NCBI GenBank assembly: GCA_038114965.1
Contig: JAYNRW010000002.1
Location: 1-31,291, forward strand
Reading direction: 5' to 3'
DNA from: Flavobacteriaceae bacterium
Lineage (GTDB): Bacteria; Bacteroidota; Bacteroidia; Flavobacteriales; Flavobacteriaceae
DNA: 31,291 nt
The notes under the pieces were generated by a model that did not search any database, was not told the origin of the DNA, and saw only the letters and a list, made by a program, of their open reading frames with translations. The position numbers and the translations under genes are program-made. Positions 10,480-20,964 of the stretch are shown piece by piece. Each line of letters begins with the position of its first letter. The stretch's first letter is position 1.

Positions 10480-11619
10480 ATGAGCAAGATTTACTTTGAT
10501 AATGCTGCTACCACACCAATTTCAAATGATGTAGTTGAAATCATGTATCAAGTTATGAAAAATAACTTTGGTAACCCATCCTCAATTCATTCTTTTGGTA
10601 GAGAATCTAGATCAATTATTGAACTAACTCGAAAAAATATTTCTGAAGAATTAAATGTAAAACCATCCGAAATTATATTTACATCAGGTGGAACAGAGTC
10701 AAATAATATGATAATAAAAGGGGCTGTTGAAACTCATAAAATTGAAAGAATTATTACAACAAAAATTGAACATAAGGCTGTATTAGAAACTGTTGAGTCT
10801 TGTAAAATCAAATATCATGTTGAATTAATATATCTGCCAATTGATAATAAGGGTTTACCTTCTTTAATTGAGTTAGAAAAAATTTTAGATAGTTCAAATA
10901 AAAGAACCTTAGTCAGTCTTATGCACATAAATAATGAAATAGGATCAATGATTGATTTAAATGAGTATGGTAATTTATGCAAAAAATATAATTCGCTATT
11001 TCATAGTGATACAGTTCAAACAATTGGACATTATAAATTAGATTTAAGTAAACTTAATATTGACTTTTTAACTTGTTCTGCTCATAAATTCCATGGTCCC
11101 AAAGGAATTGGTTTTGCTTTTCTTAGAAATAATTCAAAGCTCAATTCTTTTATTGAGGGAGGAAGTCAAGAGAGGGGATTGAGAGGAGGAACTGAAAGTA
11201 TTCATAATATAGCAGGTTTAAATCTTGCATTTTTAAATGCATATAAAAATTTAGAAAAAGACTCAAAGAAGATAAAATCTATAAAAAAATATTTTATAGA
11301 AAAATTGACCCAAGAGTTTGATATTAAAATAAACGGTTGTAAAGATGAATCTAGCTATACAATACTAAATATTTTATTTCCAATTAGTATTTCTAAAAAG
11401 CCTATTCTAAATTTTAAATTGGATTTACATGGAATTGCTTGTTCAGGCGGTAGCGCATGTCAATCTGGAAGTGATAAACCTTCTCATGTTCTAAGTGAAA
11501 TTCTTGGACCAGATTTGATAAAAAATATTTCTATTAGGTTTTCATTCTCTAAATTAAATTCAATCGACGAAGTTGATAAAGTTGTTAGTTTTTTTAAAGA
11601 ATTTATTAATGAAAATTAA
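10480..11619 (+). CDS. iscS: Cysteine desulfurase (IscS/NifS type)
   Basis: Motifs YFDNAATT, GNPSSIH, FTSGGTESNN, EHKAV, SAHKFHGPKG, RGGTE and SGGSACQSG (catalytic Cys). Confidence 0.93.
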   Translation: MSKIYFDNAATTPISNDVVEIMYQVMKNNFGNPSSIHSFGRESRSIIELTRKNISEELNVKPSEIIFTSGGTESNNMIIKGAVETHKIERIITTKIEHKAVLETVESCKIKYHVELIYLPIDNKGLPSLIELEKILDSSNKRTLVSLMHINNEIGSMIDLNEYGNLCKKYNSLFHSDTVQTIGHYKLDLSKLNIDFLTCSAHKFHGPKGIGFAFLRNNSKLNSFIEGGSQERGLRGGTESIHNIAGLNLAFLNAYKNLEKDSKKIKSIKKYFIEKLTQEFDIKINGCKDESSYTILNILFPISISKKPILNFKLDLHGIACSGGSACQSGSDKPSHVLSEILGPDLIKNISIRFSFSKLNSIDEVDKVVSFFKEFINEN

Positions 11620-13256
11620 TTTTTGAAAAAAAATATTTCTCGATAAATAGTAACATTACCAACCATATCTTCAATTTCAATTAATAGATTATTTTCATTT
11701 TTTAGATTTATAAAATTATCTGGTCTAAATTGAATGTAATTTTTCTTAGGTTCATATTCAAAAAGAGCCCATTTATCATTGATATAAGCTTTGTATTTTT
11801 TAATTCCAGTTTCTTCATCATTTATTAAGTATCCTAATTTTTGATTTTTATCAATTGTTTTATTTTTTCCAATTTTCTTAATTATTGGTTTAATGGTGTC
11901 ATAATCTAGAAAATATTTTCCCAATGATTTGGTGTTGGCTATAAAGAAATTGTCTTTTAGTTTTGAGCTTGAAAAAAAACTATTTCCATTCATATCAGAT
12001 CTTGCTAAGTATAACCCTTTTTTTGAATTAACATTTATTGGAAAATTTATTGAGAAAGATTTATTCACAGGAATATAGGGGTTCATCAAGTACAGTGTAT
12101 CATTTTTAAAATCAAAATCGATAGTAGTATCTCTGTAGAATGTATTTTTCTTAAATTTTACATTTGCGTTATTGTAAGTTAAATCATAGCTTAAGTCAGC
12201 TCTGATTTTTTTATTAAACTCTACACTTTTTATTCCTCCAAACTTTTCTATGCTATCACCAATCATTTTTATTTTAACATAGGTGTTATTTTTATCTAAA
12301 TCTGAAAGTTGAATAGTAATATCTTTAGTTTCTAAATTTTTTACATAAAATTTTCCTGACTGATTTCTTCTTACAAACTTATAATCACTATCAATTTCAT
12401 TGTTAAGTAAAATTATTTTTGAGTTATTTTCAATTAATTCTCTAAAGTCTAAGTGTTTAAGAAATAATCTTTTTTCATCAAAAGTCAAAGAATCAAATTT
12501 AAATTCTATCAAATCATTATTCTTTTCTTTTAATAAAATCTTATATGTACCATTTACATTGTATGTGAAGCTTTGTTTATCAATAGTCTCAATTCCAAAA
12601 AAAATAGTATCCACTGACTTTAGTTGAGTTTGATAAATACTGTCATTAATTTTTTTTATTTTAAGTCTTTTCTTGAATAATGAACCTTTCTTTTCTTTGT
12701 ACGCAAATAGTTTTCTTACTTCAGGTCTTATAGAATCTGCAACTTTATAATTATAATTTAATGGGTTTAGAGGAATATCATTGTGTGTTCTAATTTCAAA
12801 ATGAAGGTGAGGTCCAAATGAGGTTCCTGTATTTCCCGAATAACCAATTATTTGCCCTGCCTTTATCTTTAGCTCATTTTCTTTAAAAAATTTGTTTAAA
12901 GTAAATGTTTCAGCTTTGTATTGGAAGTATTTGATCTGATCATCAATTTCTTTACTAAAGTCTTGAAGATGTCCATAAACTGATTTTAAACCGTTTGAAT
13001 GGTTTATATAAATTACTTTTCCATATCCTACAGTTGAAACTTGAATTCTAGAAATATAACCATCATCAATAGATCTTATAATTTCTCCTACTTTGCCTTT
13101 AGTTTTTATATCTATTCCGGTATGAAAACCACTTGATCTTATTTCTCCAAAATTTCCACTTAACAAAATGTCATATTCAATTGGACGATAAAAATGGTTT
13201 TGTGTAAAACCTAAGTAAAAAGTAAAAAAAGTAATAATGTAAAATAATTTTTTCAA
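11616..13256 (-). CDS. M23 family metallopeptidase, secreted, with long C-terminal extension
   Basis: Signal peptide, then FGEIRS..FHTGID, YGHL and GYSGNTG.S.GPHLHFEIR (M23 zinc motifs). TTG start. Confidence 0.92.
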   Translation of the reverse strand: MKKLFYIITFFTFYLGFTQNHFYRPIEYDILLSGNFGEIRSSGFHTGIDIKTKGKVGEIIRSIDDGYISRIQVSTVGYGKVIYINHSNGLKSVYGHLQDFSKEIDDQIKYFQYKAETFTLNKFFKENELKIKAGQIIGYSGNTGTSFGPHLHFEIRTHNDIPLNPLNYNYKVADSIRPEVRKLFAYKEKKGSLFKKRLKIKKINDSIYQTQLKSVDTIFFGIETIDKQSFTYNVNGTYKILLKEKNNDLIEFKFDSLTFDEKRLFLKHLDFRELIENNSKIILLNNEIDSDYKFVRRNQSGKFYVKNLETKDITIQLSDLDKNNTYVKIKMIGDSIEKFGGIKSVEFNKKIRADLSYDLTYNNANVKFKKNTFYRDTTIDFDFKNDTLYLMNPYIPVNKSFSINFPINVNSKKGLYLARSDMNGNSFFSSSKLKDNFFIANTKSLGKYFLDYDTIKPIIKKIGKNKTIDKNQKLGYLINDEETGIKKYKAYINDKWALFEYEPKKNYIQFRPDNFINLKNENNLLIEIEDMVGNVTIYREIFFFKN

Positions 13257-13319
13257 TGCTTGTTTTTCTTTTCGTACTAAAAAATAATTACCTTTAAAAT
13301 TAAATAATAGCTTAATATT

Positions 13320-13607
13320 TTGAAAGAAAGTTTAACTATAATTGAAGAACTAAAAAGTAATACTGAGTTATTAATTAAAACCTTGAATGGTTTAAAATTT
13401 TCAAATAATGAACTTTCTAATGAACTTTCTAATGCAAAAAAAATGTTGAAAGAAAAGGATGATGTAATTACTAAATTGAAAGAAAAATATCATGCCTTAG
13501 AAATGGGGAAAGCTATTGTAGGTAGTAATGATAAGAATAAAACAAAAAGAAAAATTAAAAAAATGATTAATGAAATTGATGATTGTATCATTCAATTAAC
13601 ATCTTAA
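13320..13607 (+). CDS. Small coiled-coil protein upstream of zapA (ZapB-like)
   Basis: Heptad-rich sequence with C-terminal KIKKMINEIDDCI.QL. Its stop overlaps the zapA start as TAATG. Confidence 0.7.
   Translation: MKESLTIIEELKSNTELLIKTLNGLKFSNNELSNELSNAKKMLKEKDDVITKLKEKYHALEMGKAIVGSNDKNKTKRKIKKMINEIDDCIIQLTS
13406..13434 (+). repeat. 12-bp tandem duplication inside the ZapB-like CDS
   Basis: TAATGAACTTTC x2 plus TAATG, encoding NELS-NELS-N. Confidence 0.85.
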
Positions 13608-13891
13608 TGCAAAAAATTAAACTAAATATTGCCAACAGAATATATCCTTTAAATGTTAACCCATCACAAGAGGAAATTCTTAGAAAAGCTTCTAAGCAAA
13701 TCAATGACATGGTGAATGAATATGAAAAAAAATATGCTGTCCAGGATAAGCAAGATAGTTTGGCAATGTGTGCTTTACAAATCATTAGTCAGTCTGAAAA
13801 ATTTTCAAAAAGTGAAAGCAATCGCATTAATGAAATTAACGATAAGTTAAATTCAATTAATGATTTAGTTATTCAGAGTTTAGATTCTTAA
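13607..13891 (+). CDS. zapA: Cell division protein ZapA
   Basis: MQKIKLNIANRIYPL...EEILRKA.K.IN......Y.V.D.QD.LAMCAL pattern. The start was moved from the track's 13583 to the TAATG-coupled ATG at 13607. Confidence 0.88.
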   Translation: MQKIKLNIANRIYPLNVNPSQEEILRKASKQINDMVNEYEKKYAVQDKQDSLAMCALQIISQSEKFSKSESNRINEINDKLNSINDLVIQSLDS

Positions 13892-13915
13892 CGTTCATTA
13901 AAATAAAATTATATT

Positions 13916-14077
13916 ACCTACATCAGATTTTAATTTGGTAAACTCAACGCTAATAAATTAAAAAGAGTGAGTCTAGATCCTAGAGCGTGCCTTTTTTAAG
14001 GATTATCGAATATTTAGTTAGCTCTAAACTTGTATAAATGGAGTTTATGCAATCAATCTGTATGTAGGTTTTTTTTT
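13916..14077 (+). ncRNA. ssrS: 6S-like RNA (6S-Flavo type) between zapA and rny
   Basis: Closing stem ACCTACATCAGATT (13916-13929) pairs with AATCTG(T)ATGTAGGT (14055-14069). TAAACTC (13939-13945) pairs with GAGTTTA (14041-14047). An A-rich central bubble is followed by TAGAGC (13981-13986) pairing with GCTCTA (14021-14026). A T9 tail ends it. The position downstream of zapA is the established 6S locus. Confidence 0.78.
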
Positions 14078-14088
14078 AAAATAAAATC

Positions 14089-15642
14089 ATGAATGAATTA
14101 ATTTATATAGTAATTGGATCTTTAATCGGAGGAGTTACTCTTTTTATAATCAATAAAATTTCAAATAAAAAATCCGTTGATAATGCTAAGACTAGTGCTG
14201 ATAAAATATTAAATGAAGCACGTGCAGAAGCTGATAATATAAAGAATAATAAAATCCTTCAGGCAAAAGAAAAATTTTTAGAATTAAAATCTGAACATGA
14301 AAAATATATACTTTCAAAAAATGCAGAGCATAATGATAAAAATCAAAACTTAAAGCTAAAAGAAAACGAAGTCAATCAAAAATCAAAGAAAATAGAAAAA
14401 TTAAAAACTGACTTAGAAGAAAAAATCAAAACCTTTGATAAAAAAAATGAATCAGTTGAAAAAAAGAAACTAGAGATTGAAAAGATTCTTAAAAATCAAG
14501 TAAAAGAGATTGAAAAAATTGCCGGCTATTCTGCTAATGAAGCCAAGGATGAATTATTGAAAATTTTAAAAGATGAAGTTAAATCTCAAGCACTGGAAAT
14601 TTCACAAAATATAATTGATGAAGCTAAATTATCGGCTAAACAAGAGGCTAAAAAAATTGTTATTAGCTCTATTCAAAGATTAGGTACTGAGGAAGCTATT
14701 GATAATTGTGTTTCTGTCTTCAATATTGAATCTGATGATCTAAAAGGGAGAATAATAGGAAGAGAAGGTAGAAATATTAAAGCTATTGAAAGTGCCACAG
14801 GTGTTGAAATTATAGTTGACGATACTCCTGAGGCAATTATACTTTCTTGTTTTGATTCTGTAAGAAGAGAGGTAGCTCGTTTATCATTAAAAAAGTTAGT
14901 TACTGATGGTAGAATCCATCCTGCACGAATTGAAGAGGTCGTTAAAAAAACATCAAAAGAAATAGAAAATGAAATTATTGAAATTGGTAAGAGAACTGTA
15001 ATAGACTTAGGAATTCATGGCTTACACCCTAACTTAATCAAAGCTGTTGGGAGAATGAGATTTAGATCATCCTATGGTCAAAACTTATTGCAACATTCAA
15101 AAGAAGTTGCTAAGTTATGTGGAATCATGGCTTCTGAGCTTGGTTTAAATCCTAAGCTTGCAAAAAGAGCTGGGTTATTACACGATATAGGTAAGGTTCC
15201 TGAGGAAGAGACAGAGACTCCACATGCTTTACTTGGAATGCAATGGGCTGAAAAATATGGTGAGAAAAGTGATGTTTGTAATGCGATTGGTGCCCATCAT
15301 GATGAAATTGAAATGGATAATTTAATATCTCCAGTTGTTCAAGTATGTGATGCTATCTCTGGAGCAAGACCAGGCGCTAGGAGACAGGTAATGGAAAGTT
15401 ATATGCAGAGATTAAAAGACTTAGAAAGTGTTGCTTATAGTTTTGATGGGGTTAATAAAGCTTTTGCTATACAAGCAGGAAGAGAATTAAGAGTGATGGT
15501 TGAAAGTGAAAAAATTGATGATGAAATGTCTAAAAAACTTTCATTTGAGATTTCTCAAAAGATTCAAACTGAAATGACATATCCTGGACAAGTCAAAGTA
15601 ACTGTGATTAGAGAAACTAGGTCTGTAAATGTTGCTACTTAA
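14089..15642 (+). CDS. rny: Ribonuclease Y
   Basis: N-terminal TM anchor, coiled coil, KH domain ([18 protein letters not shown]), HD domain ([10 protein letters not shown]; AHH; [11 protein letters not shown]) and C-terminal [10 protein letters not shown]. Confidence 0.98.
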   Translation: MNELIYIVIGSLIGGVTLFIINKISNKKSVDNAKTSADKILNEARAEADNIKNNKILQAKEKFLELKSEHEKYILSKNAEHNDKNQNLKLKENEVNQKSKKIEKLKTDLEEKIKTFDKKNESVEKKKLEIEKILKNQVKEIEKIAGYSANEAKDELLKILKDEVKSQALEISQNIIDEAKLSAKQEAKKIVISSIQRLGTEEAIDNCVSVFNIESDDLKGRIIGREGRNIKAIESATGVEIIVDDTPEAIILSCFDSVRREVARLSLKKLVTDGRIHPARIEEVVKKTSKEIENEIIEIGKRTVIDLGIHGLHPNLIKAVGRMRFRSSYGQNLLQHSKEVAKLCGIMASELGLNPKLAKRAGLLHDIGKVPEEETETPHALLGMQWAEKYGEKSDVCNAIGAHHDEIEMDNLISPVVQVCDAISGARPGARRQVMESYMQRLKDLESVAYSFDGVNKAFAIQAGRELRVMVESEKIDDEMSKKLSFEISQKIQTEMTYPGQVKVTVIRETRSVNVAT

Positions 15643-16744
15643 TTTTTTTATAAGTTAATCCATTACCAATATTAACTTTTATTGGTGTCAGATTTTTACC
15701 AAATGTTTTTAAATAATTTTTAGAAACATCTTCAATAAAAGTGTTAATATGATTTTTTTCGATTAAATTAATTGTACATCCACCAAAACCACCACCCATC
15801 ATCCTTGAGCCTAAAACATAATTTAATTTTTTGGTAAAATCAACAATATAATCAAGTTCAGAACAACTAACTTCATAAAGGTCTTTTAGTCCTTTATGAG
15901 ATTTATACATTAATTCTCCAAAATCTTTAAAATTGGATTGTTTTAGTAACTCTGAACTGGATACAGTTCTCTCATTTTCATCTATAACAAAATATGCTCT
16001 ATTAAATATAATTATGTCTAATTTGTCTTTTACTTGATTTAATTCATTAAGTGTATAATTGGCCAGTCTTCGACTATCATTAAAATGAGAGTTTAAAATA
16101 CTTTCAGCTTCCTGACATTCATTGACTCTATCATTATAGGCTGAATCTATTAAACTATGTTTAACATTTGTGTTTAAAAGTAAAATACCAATAGATTCAC
16201 TTTTAAATTTTATATAATTATAGTTTGAGTTACCACAATTTAATAAAATTAGATTATCCTTAAGTCCATAGTTGATAGTAAATTGATCCATTATTCCTCC
16301 CTGTAATCCAATAAAATTTCTTTCAACATAACTTACAATTTTTACAATATCTGATTTATCATATTTTAAATCAAATAACTCAATTATAGCTCTTGAAAAA
16401 CCTGAAATTAGTGCTGATGATGAACTAATACCTGCTCCAATTGGAAGGTTAGATTTTATTGAACATTTAAAGGCTGTGATTTTGTTATCTTTTTTTTTGA
16501 AAAAATCAATTGTTCCAAGCATGTAATTATGCCAGTGAGTATTACTTTTTTCAATTTTATTTAAATTGAAAACTAGAGAATGCTTAATCGTATCTGATTT
16601 AATCTCACAATTATTATTATCTGTTTTATAAATTTCAAATATTATTTTTTTATCAATTGCTCCTGGGAGTACATGGCCTCCATTGTAATCGGTGTGTTCT
16701 CCAATTAAATTTATCCTTCCTGGTGATTCAACTTTAATTATCAT
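15635..16744 (-). CDS. galK: Galactokinase
   Basis: Motifs [39 protein letters not shown] and [12 protein letters not shown]. Confidence 0.96.
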   Translation of the reverse strand: MIIKVESPGRINLIGEHTDYNGGHVLPGAIDKKIIFEIYKTDNNNCEIKSDTIKHSLVFNLNKIEKSNTHWHNYMLGTIDFFKKKDNKITAFKCSIKSNLPIGAGISSSSALISGFSRAIIELFDLKYDKSDIVKIVSYVERNFIGLQGGIMDQFTINYGLKDNLILLNCGNSNYNYIKFKSESIGILLLNTNVKHSLIDSAYNDRVNECQEAESILNSHFNDSRRLANYTLNELNQVKDKLDIIIFNRAYFVIDENERTVSSSELLKQSNFKDFGELMYKSHKGLKDLYEVSCSELDYIVDFTKKLNYVLGSRMMGGGFGGCTINLIEKNHINTFIEDVSKNYLKTFGKNLTPIKVNIGNGLTYKKIK

Positions 16745-17762
16745 TTATATTACTTAATTTTAATTCCCATTCCCATGCTGTCTTTAAAGCATTAGAAATC
16801 TCATTTTTTGAATGCCAACCAATAGTTTTATTTACTTTTTCAGTATCAGCATAGGCTGATGTTATGTCACCATTTCTTCTATCGCCGATTCTATAATTTA
16901 ACTTTATTTTATTTATTTCTTCAAACATTTTTACTAGCTCTAAAACTGTAATGCCTTTGCCGGTACCAACATTAAAAAAATCATAAAAATTTTCATCTTT
17001 AATAATTGAGAGATATTCAATTGCAGCGACATGAGCCTCGGCTAAATCTTTAATATGAATATAATCTCTGATACATGTACCATCTCTTGTAGGATAATCA
17101 TTACCAAAAATTGTAAGTTCTTTTCTTTTACCGATAGCTGTTTGAGTGATATAAGGAACTAGGTTGTCTGGGATTCCATTTGGAAGTTCTCCAATTAGTG
17201 AAGATTCATGAGCTCCAATTGGATTAAAATACCTAAGACTAATTGCATTTATGTTTCTACTTTTAATTGTCTGTTTTTGTATTATTTCTTCACAAATCTT
17301 TTTTGTTTCACCGTATGGTGATTCTTGATTTACAACTGGACTTGATTCATCAATTGGTAATTTTTTAGCTTGACCATAAACTGTACAACTTGAACTAAAT
17401 ATAAGATCAATTTTTTCTTTTCTTGATGAAATAATTTCAAGTAAATTCTCTGTTGATCCAACATTATTATCATAGTATAATTTTGCATTCTTTACACTAT
17501 CAGAAACAGATTTAAGTGCTGCGAAATGTATAATTCCACTAAAAATAGAGTTTTTAAAAATTGAATTTAATTCATCTTTATTTCTTAAATCAATTTTGTG
17601 AAATTCAGGTCTTTTTCCAGTAATTTTTTCAATATTATCTAAAACTTTAATATTGGAATTAACTAAATTGTCAATAATAATTACATGATAACCTTTATTA
17701 ATTAGCTCAATAGCAGTGTGCGAGCCAATATATCCCAAACCTCCTGTAACTAAAATTTTCAA
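16734..17762 (-). CDS. galE: UDP-glucose 4-epimerase
   Basis: Motifs KILVTGGLGYIGSHT, FSSSCTVYG, YGETK, LRYFNPIGAH and DGTCIRDYIH. The likely start is TTG at 17762; the track's 17864 adds 34 residues of intergenic sequence. Confidence 0.96.
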   Translation of the reverse strand: MKILVTGGLGYIGSHTAIELINKGYHVIIIDNLVNSNIKVLDNIEKITGKRPEFHKIDLRNKDELNSIFKNSIFSGIIHFAALKSVSDSVKNAKLYYDNNVGSTENLLEIISSRKEKIDLIFSSSCTVYGQAKKLPIDESSPVVNQESPYGETKKICEEIIQKQTIKSRNINAISLRYFNPIGAHESSLIGELPNGIPDNLVPYITQTAIGKRKELTIFGNDYPTRDGTCIRDYIHIKDLAEAHVAAIEYLSIIKDENFYDFFNVGTGKGITVLELVKMFEEINKIKLNYRIGDRRNGDITSAYADTEKVNKTIGWHSKNEISNALKTAWEWELKLSNINDN

Positions 17763-17869
17763 TAAATATTTTATTTTAATCCTTAAAGTTAACTTATTAG
17801 TAACATTTATATTCAATTCATTGATTTTTTTATAATTAAGAGATATATTTAAGTATAAACACACATATA

Positions 17870-19471
17870 ATGAAAAAATCTTTCTTACTATTTATAATTT
17901 TCCTAATGTCCAGTTGTTCTAATAAAGATACAAGACCTAATATTTTATTTATAATGTCTGATGATCATGCATATCAAGCAATAAGTGCATATGATACCAG
18001 ATTAATTGAAACTCCGAATATTGATAGGATAGCTGATGAAGGTATTTTATTTACAAATGCATGTGTTACAAATTCAATTTGTGCGCCCTCAAGAGCTGTA
18101 ATTTTAACTGGAAAGCATAGTCACTTGAATGGTAAAATTGATAATCATGCAAAATTTGATACAACTCAGGTTACATTTCCTCAACTTTTTCAAAAAGCAG
18201 GATATCAAACAGCTATGTATGGTAAATTACATTTTGGAAATAATCCCAAGGGAGTTGATGATTTTTGGATATTGCCTGGTCAAGGTGATTATATTAATCC
18301 CAAATTTTTGGGTGAAAAAAAAGACACTTTGGTTACAGGTTATGTCACTGATGTAATTACTGATTTAACATTGGATTGGTTCAAAAATAAAAGAGATAAA
18401 AATAAACCATTTATGATGATGTATCTCCACAAAGCTCCACACAGAGCTTGGTGGCCTAGTCCTGAGAAATTCGCAGAATTTTATGAAAAGAAATTTCCAG
18501 AACCTGAAACTTTATTTGATGATTATTCCAACAGAGGCTCTGCTGCTAAATCAGCTGAAATGAATTTGCTAACCCACATGCAATATATGCATGATAGTAA
18601 AGTTAGACCAGATGTAATTGAAGAAATGAGAAAAGTTGAACCCGAAATTATTTATGTCAGAGGAGATGGAACATTGATGAGACCAACTGCAAGAGGGTTT
18701 AATGGACCTTTTGGTAGGGCAAATGAGGATCAAAGAAAAAAATATAATGTGACTTTGGATAAAATAAGTGAAGATTTCAAAACGAATTGGCCCAATATGA
18801 ATGATGAAGAAAAAATGAAATGGAAATTTCAAAGATATATGCAAGATTATTTAGCTACTATATCATCTGTTGATGATAATGTTGGAAGGGTTTTAGATTA
18901 TTTAGATGAAACAGGTTTAGATAAAAATACTATAGTAGTCTACACTTCTGATCAAGGATTTTATTTGGGTGAACATGGTTGGTTCGATAAAAGATTTATT
19001 TATGATGAATCATTTAAAACACCATTGATGATAAAGTGGCCAAACAAAATTAAGCCTGGAATTTCCAGTGATGAGATGGTTCAAAATTTAGATTATGCTC
19101 AAACATTTCTTGAAGCAGCTATGATTGATGCGCCTGAAGATATGCAAGGTGAAAGTTTAATGCCATTACTCTTGGGTGACAACGATAAATGGACAAGAGA
19201 GGAAGTTTACTATCATTATTATGAATATCCTTCAGTCCATATGGTTAAAAGACATTATGGAATAGTTAATAAAGAATATAAATTAGTTAGGTTTTATTAT
19301 GATGTAGATGAATGGGAATTGTATGATAGATTAAATGATCCTAATGAAATGAATAATGTTTATAATGATCCAGCCTATGCTGACGTAGTTAAAGATCTAA
19401 AGGTTAAACTAGCAGATTTAAGAATAAAATACAAGGATTCAGAAGAGTTAGACAAGAAATACTTGTACTAA
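17870..19471 (+). CDS. Cys-type family S1 sulfatase, lipoprotein (resembles GlcNAc-6-sulfatase-like S1_11 members)
   Basis: Lipobox LMSSC; RPNILFIMSDDH; NSICAPSRA.ILTG (CxPxR); GKLH; YTSDQGFYLGEHGWFDKR; YYHYYEYP C-terminal region. The subfamily call is by recollection only. Confidence 0.93.
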   Translation: MKKSFLLFIIFLMSSCSNKDTRPNILFIMSDDHAYQAISAYDTRLIETPNIDRIADEGILFTNACVTNSICAPSRAVILTGKHSHLNGKIDNHAKFDTTQVTFPQLFQKAGYQTAMYGKLHFGNNPKGVDDFWILPGQGDYINPKFLGEKKDTLVTGYVTDVITDLTLDWFKNKRDKNKPFMMMYLHKAPHRAWWPSPEKFAEFYEKKFPEPETLFDDYSNRGSAAKSAEMNLLTHMQYMHDSKVRPDVIEEMRKVEPEIIYVRGDGTLMRPTARGFNGPFGRANEDQRKKYNVTLDKISEDFKTNWPNMNDEEKMKWKFQRYMQDYLATISSVDDNVGRVLDYLDETGLDKNTIVVYTSDQGFYLGEHGWFDKRFIYDESFKTPLMIKWPNKIKPGISSDEMVQNLDYAQTFLEAAMIDAPEDMQGESLMPLLLGDNDKWTREEVYYHYYEYPSVHMVKRHYGIVNKEYKLVRFYYDVDEWELYDRLNDPNEMNNVYNDPAYADVVKDLKVKLADLRIKYKDSEELDKKYLY

Positions 19472-20877
19472 TGAGATTTATTCTTTTTCTTTTTGTTTTA
19501 TTAACATCATTCAATTTCTATTCTCAAATTGAATTAAATTCTCTTTTTACTGATAACATGGTATTGCAGAGAAATGAAATGGTAAATGTTTGGGGTAAAT
19601 CTAATGCAAATGAAATTGTAAAAATAAAAACTAGCTGGAATGATATCACATTTAAAGTTAGGTCAGATGATAATGGTAATTGGAATACTAAAGTTCAAAC
19701 TAATTCTAAAAGAGGTTCTCAAACTTTAACTATTTCTACAAAATCTGAGACTAAAACAATAAGAAACATACTTCTTGGAGAGGTATGGTTTGGTTCTGGT
19801 CAATCTAATATGCAGATGTCATTTGAGGGTTATAGAAATGAACCAGTTCGTGGTTCATTGGAAATTCTTGAACACTCTAACAATAAAGAAATTAGATTAA
19901 TTACTGTTCCAAGAGTTGCTAGTAAATTACCATCAAATAATTTTGAAGGTAAATGGGAAGTTTCAAATCCTGAAGATGTTAGAAAGTTTAGTGCTGTTGC
20001 TTATTCATTTGCTTTATTAATTAATAAAACTTTAGATGTACCTGTAGGAATAATTCATAACTCCTGGGGAGGCACACCTGCTGAAGCATGGACTGAAAAA
20101 AGTTTCTTAGAAAATAATTTTGAAGAAGGTGTTATCAAAAATAACCGTGAAGATAAACGACTAAATCATGAACCTTCATACCTATTTAACGGAATGATTA
20201 ATCCACTAATTCCTTTTACAATAAAAGGTGCATTATGGTATCAGGGAGAAGGTAATGTTTATAGAGCAAATTTTTATTCTAAGCTAATGAAGGTAATGGT
20301 GGATAGTTGGCGTTCAAAATGGAATCAAGGTATTTTCCCGTTTTATTATGTTCAAATCGCACCTTTCAGATATAATGGTCCTGATAATGACTCTTCTGCA
20401 TATTTAAGAGAATCGCAATTAGAAGCTATGAATATTATTCAAAATTCAGGAATGGTTGTTACAAGTGATATTGGAGATTTAAATTCAATTCATCCACCTG
20501 AAAAAATTGAAATTGGAAATAGACTAGCCTATTGGGCATTAAATAAAACATACAATATTAAAAATGTAGTTCCCTCAGGGCCAATAGTTGAATCATATAA
20601 TATTAATAATAATAAAGTTGAGATTAATTTTAAATATGCATCAACTGGTTTTTATCAATTCAATGGTCCTCTCAAAGATTTTGAAATAGCTGGTAACGAT
20701 GGTGTTTTTTATAAAGCAAATGCTAAAATATCTGGTTTGAAAATTATTGTAGAATCAGCTGATGTTAAAGAACCAAAAATGCTGAGATATGGTTGGAAAA
20801 ATTATTTTGAATCAACACTTTTTAATATTGATAAATTACCAGCATCCTCATTTTTTATTAGAGATTTATCAAAATAA
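19471..20877 (+). CDS. Sialate O-acetylesterase (SASA/DUF303, SGNH-like carbohydrate acetylesterase)
   Basis: Signal peptide; LF.DNMVLQR; GEVWFGSGQSNM; WGGTPAEAW; LWYQGEGN; IHPPEK. TAATG-coupled to the sulfatase. Confidence 0.9.
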   Translation: MRFILFLFVLLTSFNFYSQIELNSLFTDNMVLQRNEMVNVWGKSNANEIVKIKTSWNDITFKVRSDDNGNWNTKVQTNSKRGSQTLTISTKSETKTIRNILLGEVWFGSGQSNMQMSFEGYRNEPVRGSLEILEHSNNKEIRLITVPRVASKLPSNNFEGKWEVSNPEDVRKFSAVAYSFALLINKTLDVPVGIIHNSWGGTPAEAWTEKSFLENNFEEGVIKNNREDKRLNHEPSYLFNGMINPLIPFTIKGALWYQGEGNVYRANFYSKLMKVMVDSWRSKWNQGIFPFYYVQIAPFRYNGPDNDSSAYLRESQLEAMNIIQNSGMVVTSDIGDLNSIHPPEKIEIGNRLAYWALNKTYNIKNVVPSGPIVESYNINNNKVEINFKYASTGFYQFNGPLKDFEIAGNDGVFYKANAKISGLKIIVESADVKEPKMLRYGWKNYFESTLFNIDKLPASSFFIRDLSK

Positions 20878-20964
20878 TTAATCTATTTTTTAGAATAATT
20901 TAATTCTTCAAAACTTATCATGTTTTTTATTATTTAAATGTGAATATTTCATAACTTATTTGTT

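Noticed and set aside
13583-13606. Upstream ATG for zapA
   Set aside because: It lies inside the previous gene. The TAATG-coupled ATG at 13607 gives the expected N-terminus.
17763-17864. 34-aa N-terminal extension of GalE in the ORF track
   Set aside because: GalE normally begins at the Rossmann motif. TTG 17762 gives MKILVTGG, and the extension is AT-rich intergenic sequence.
20892-20907. AGAAT-N6-ATTCT dyad upstream of the TPR-NTF2 gene as an operator or Fur box
   Set aside because: The arms are only 5 bp in AT-rich DNA, there is no adjacent canonical -7 box, and there is no second copy.
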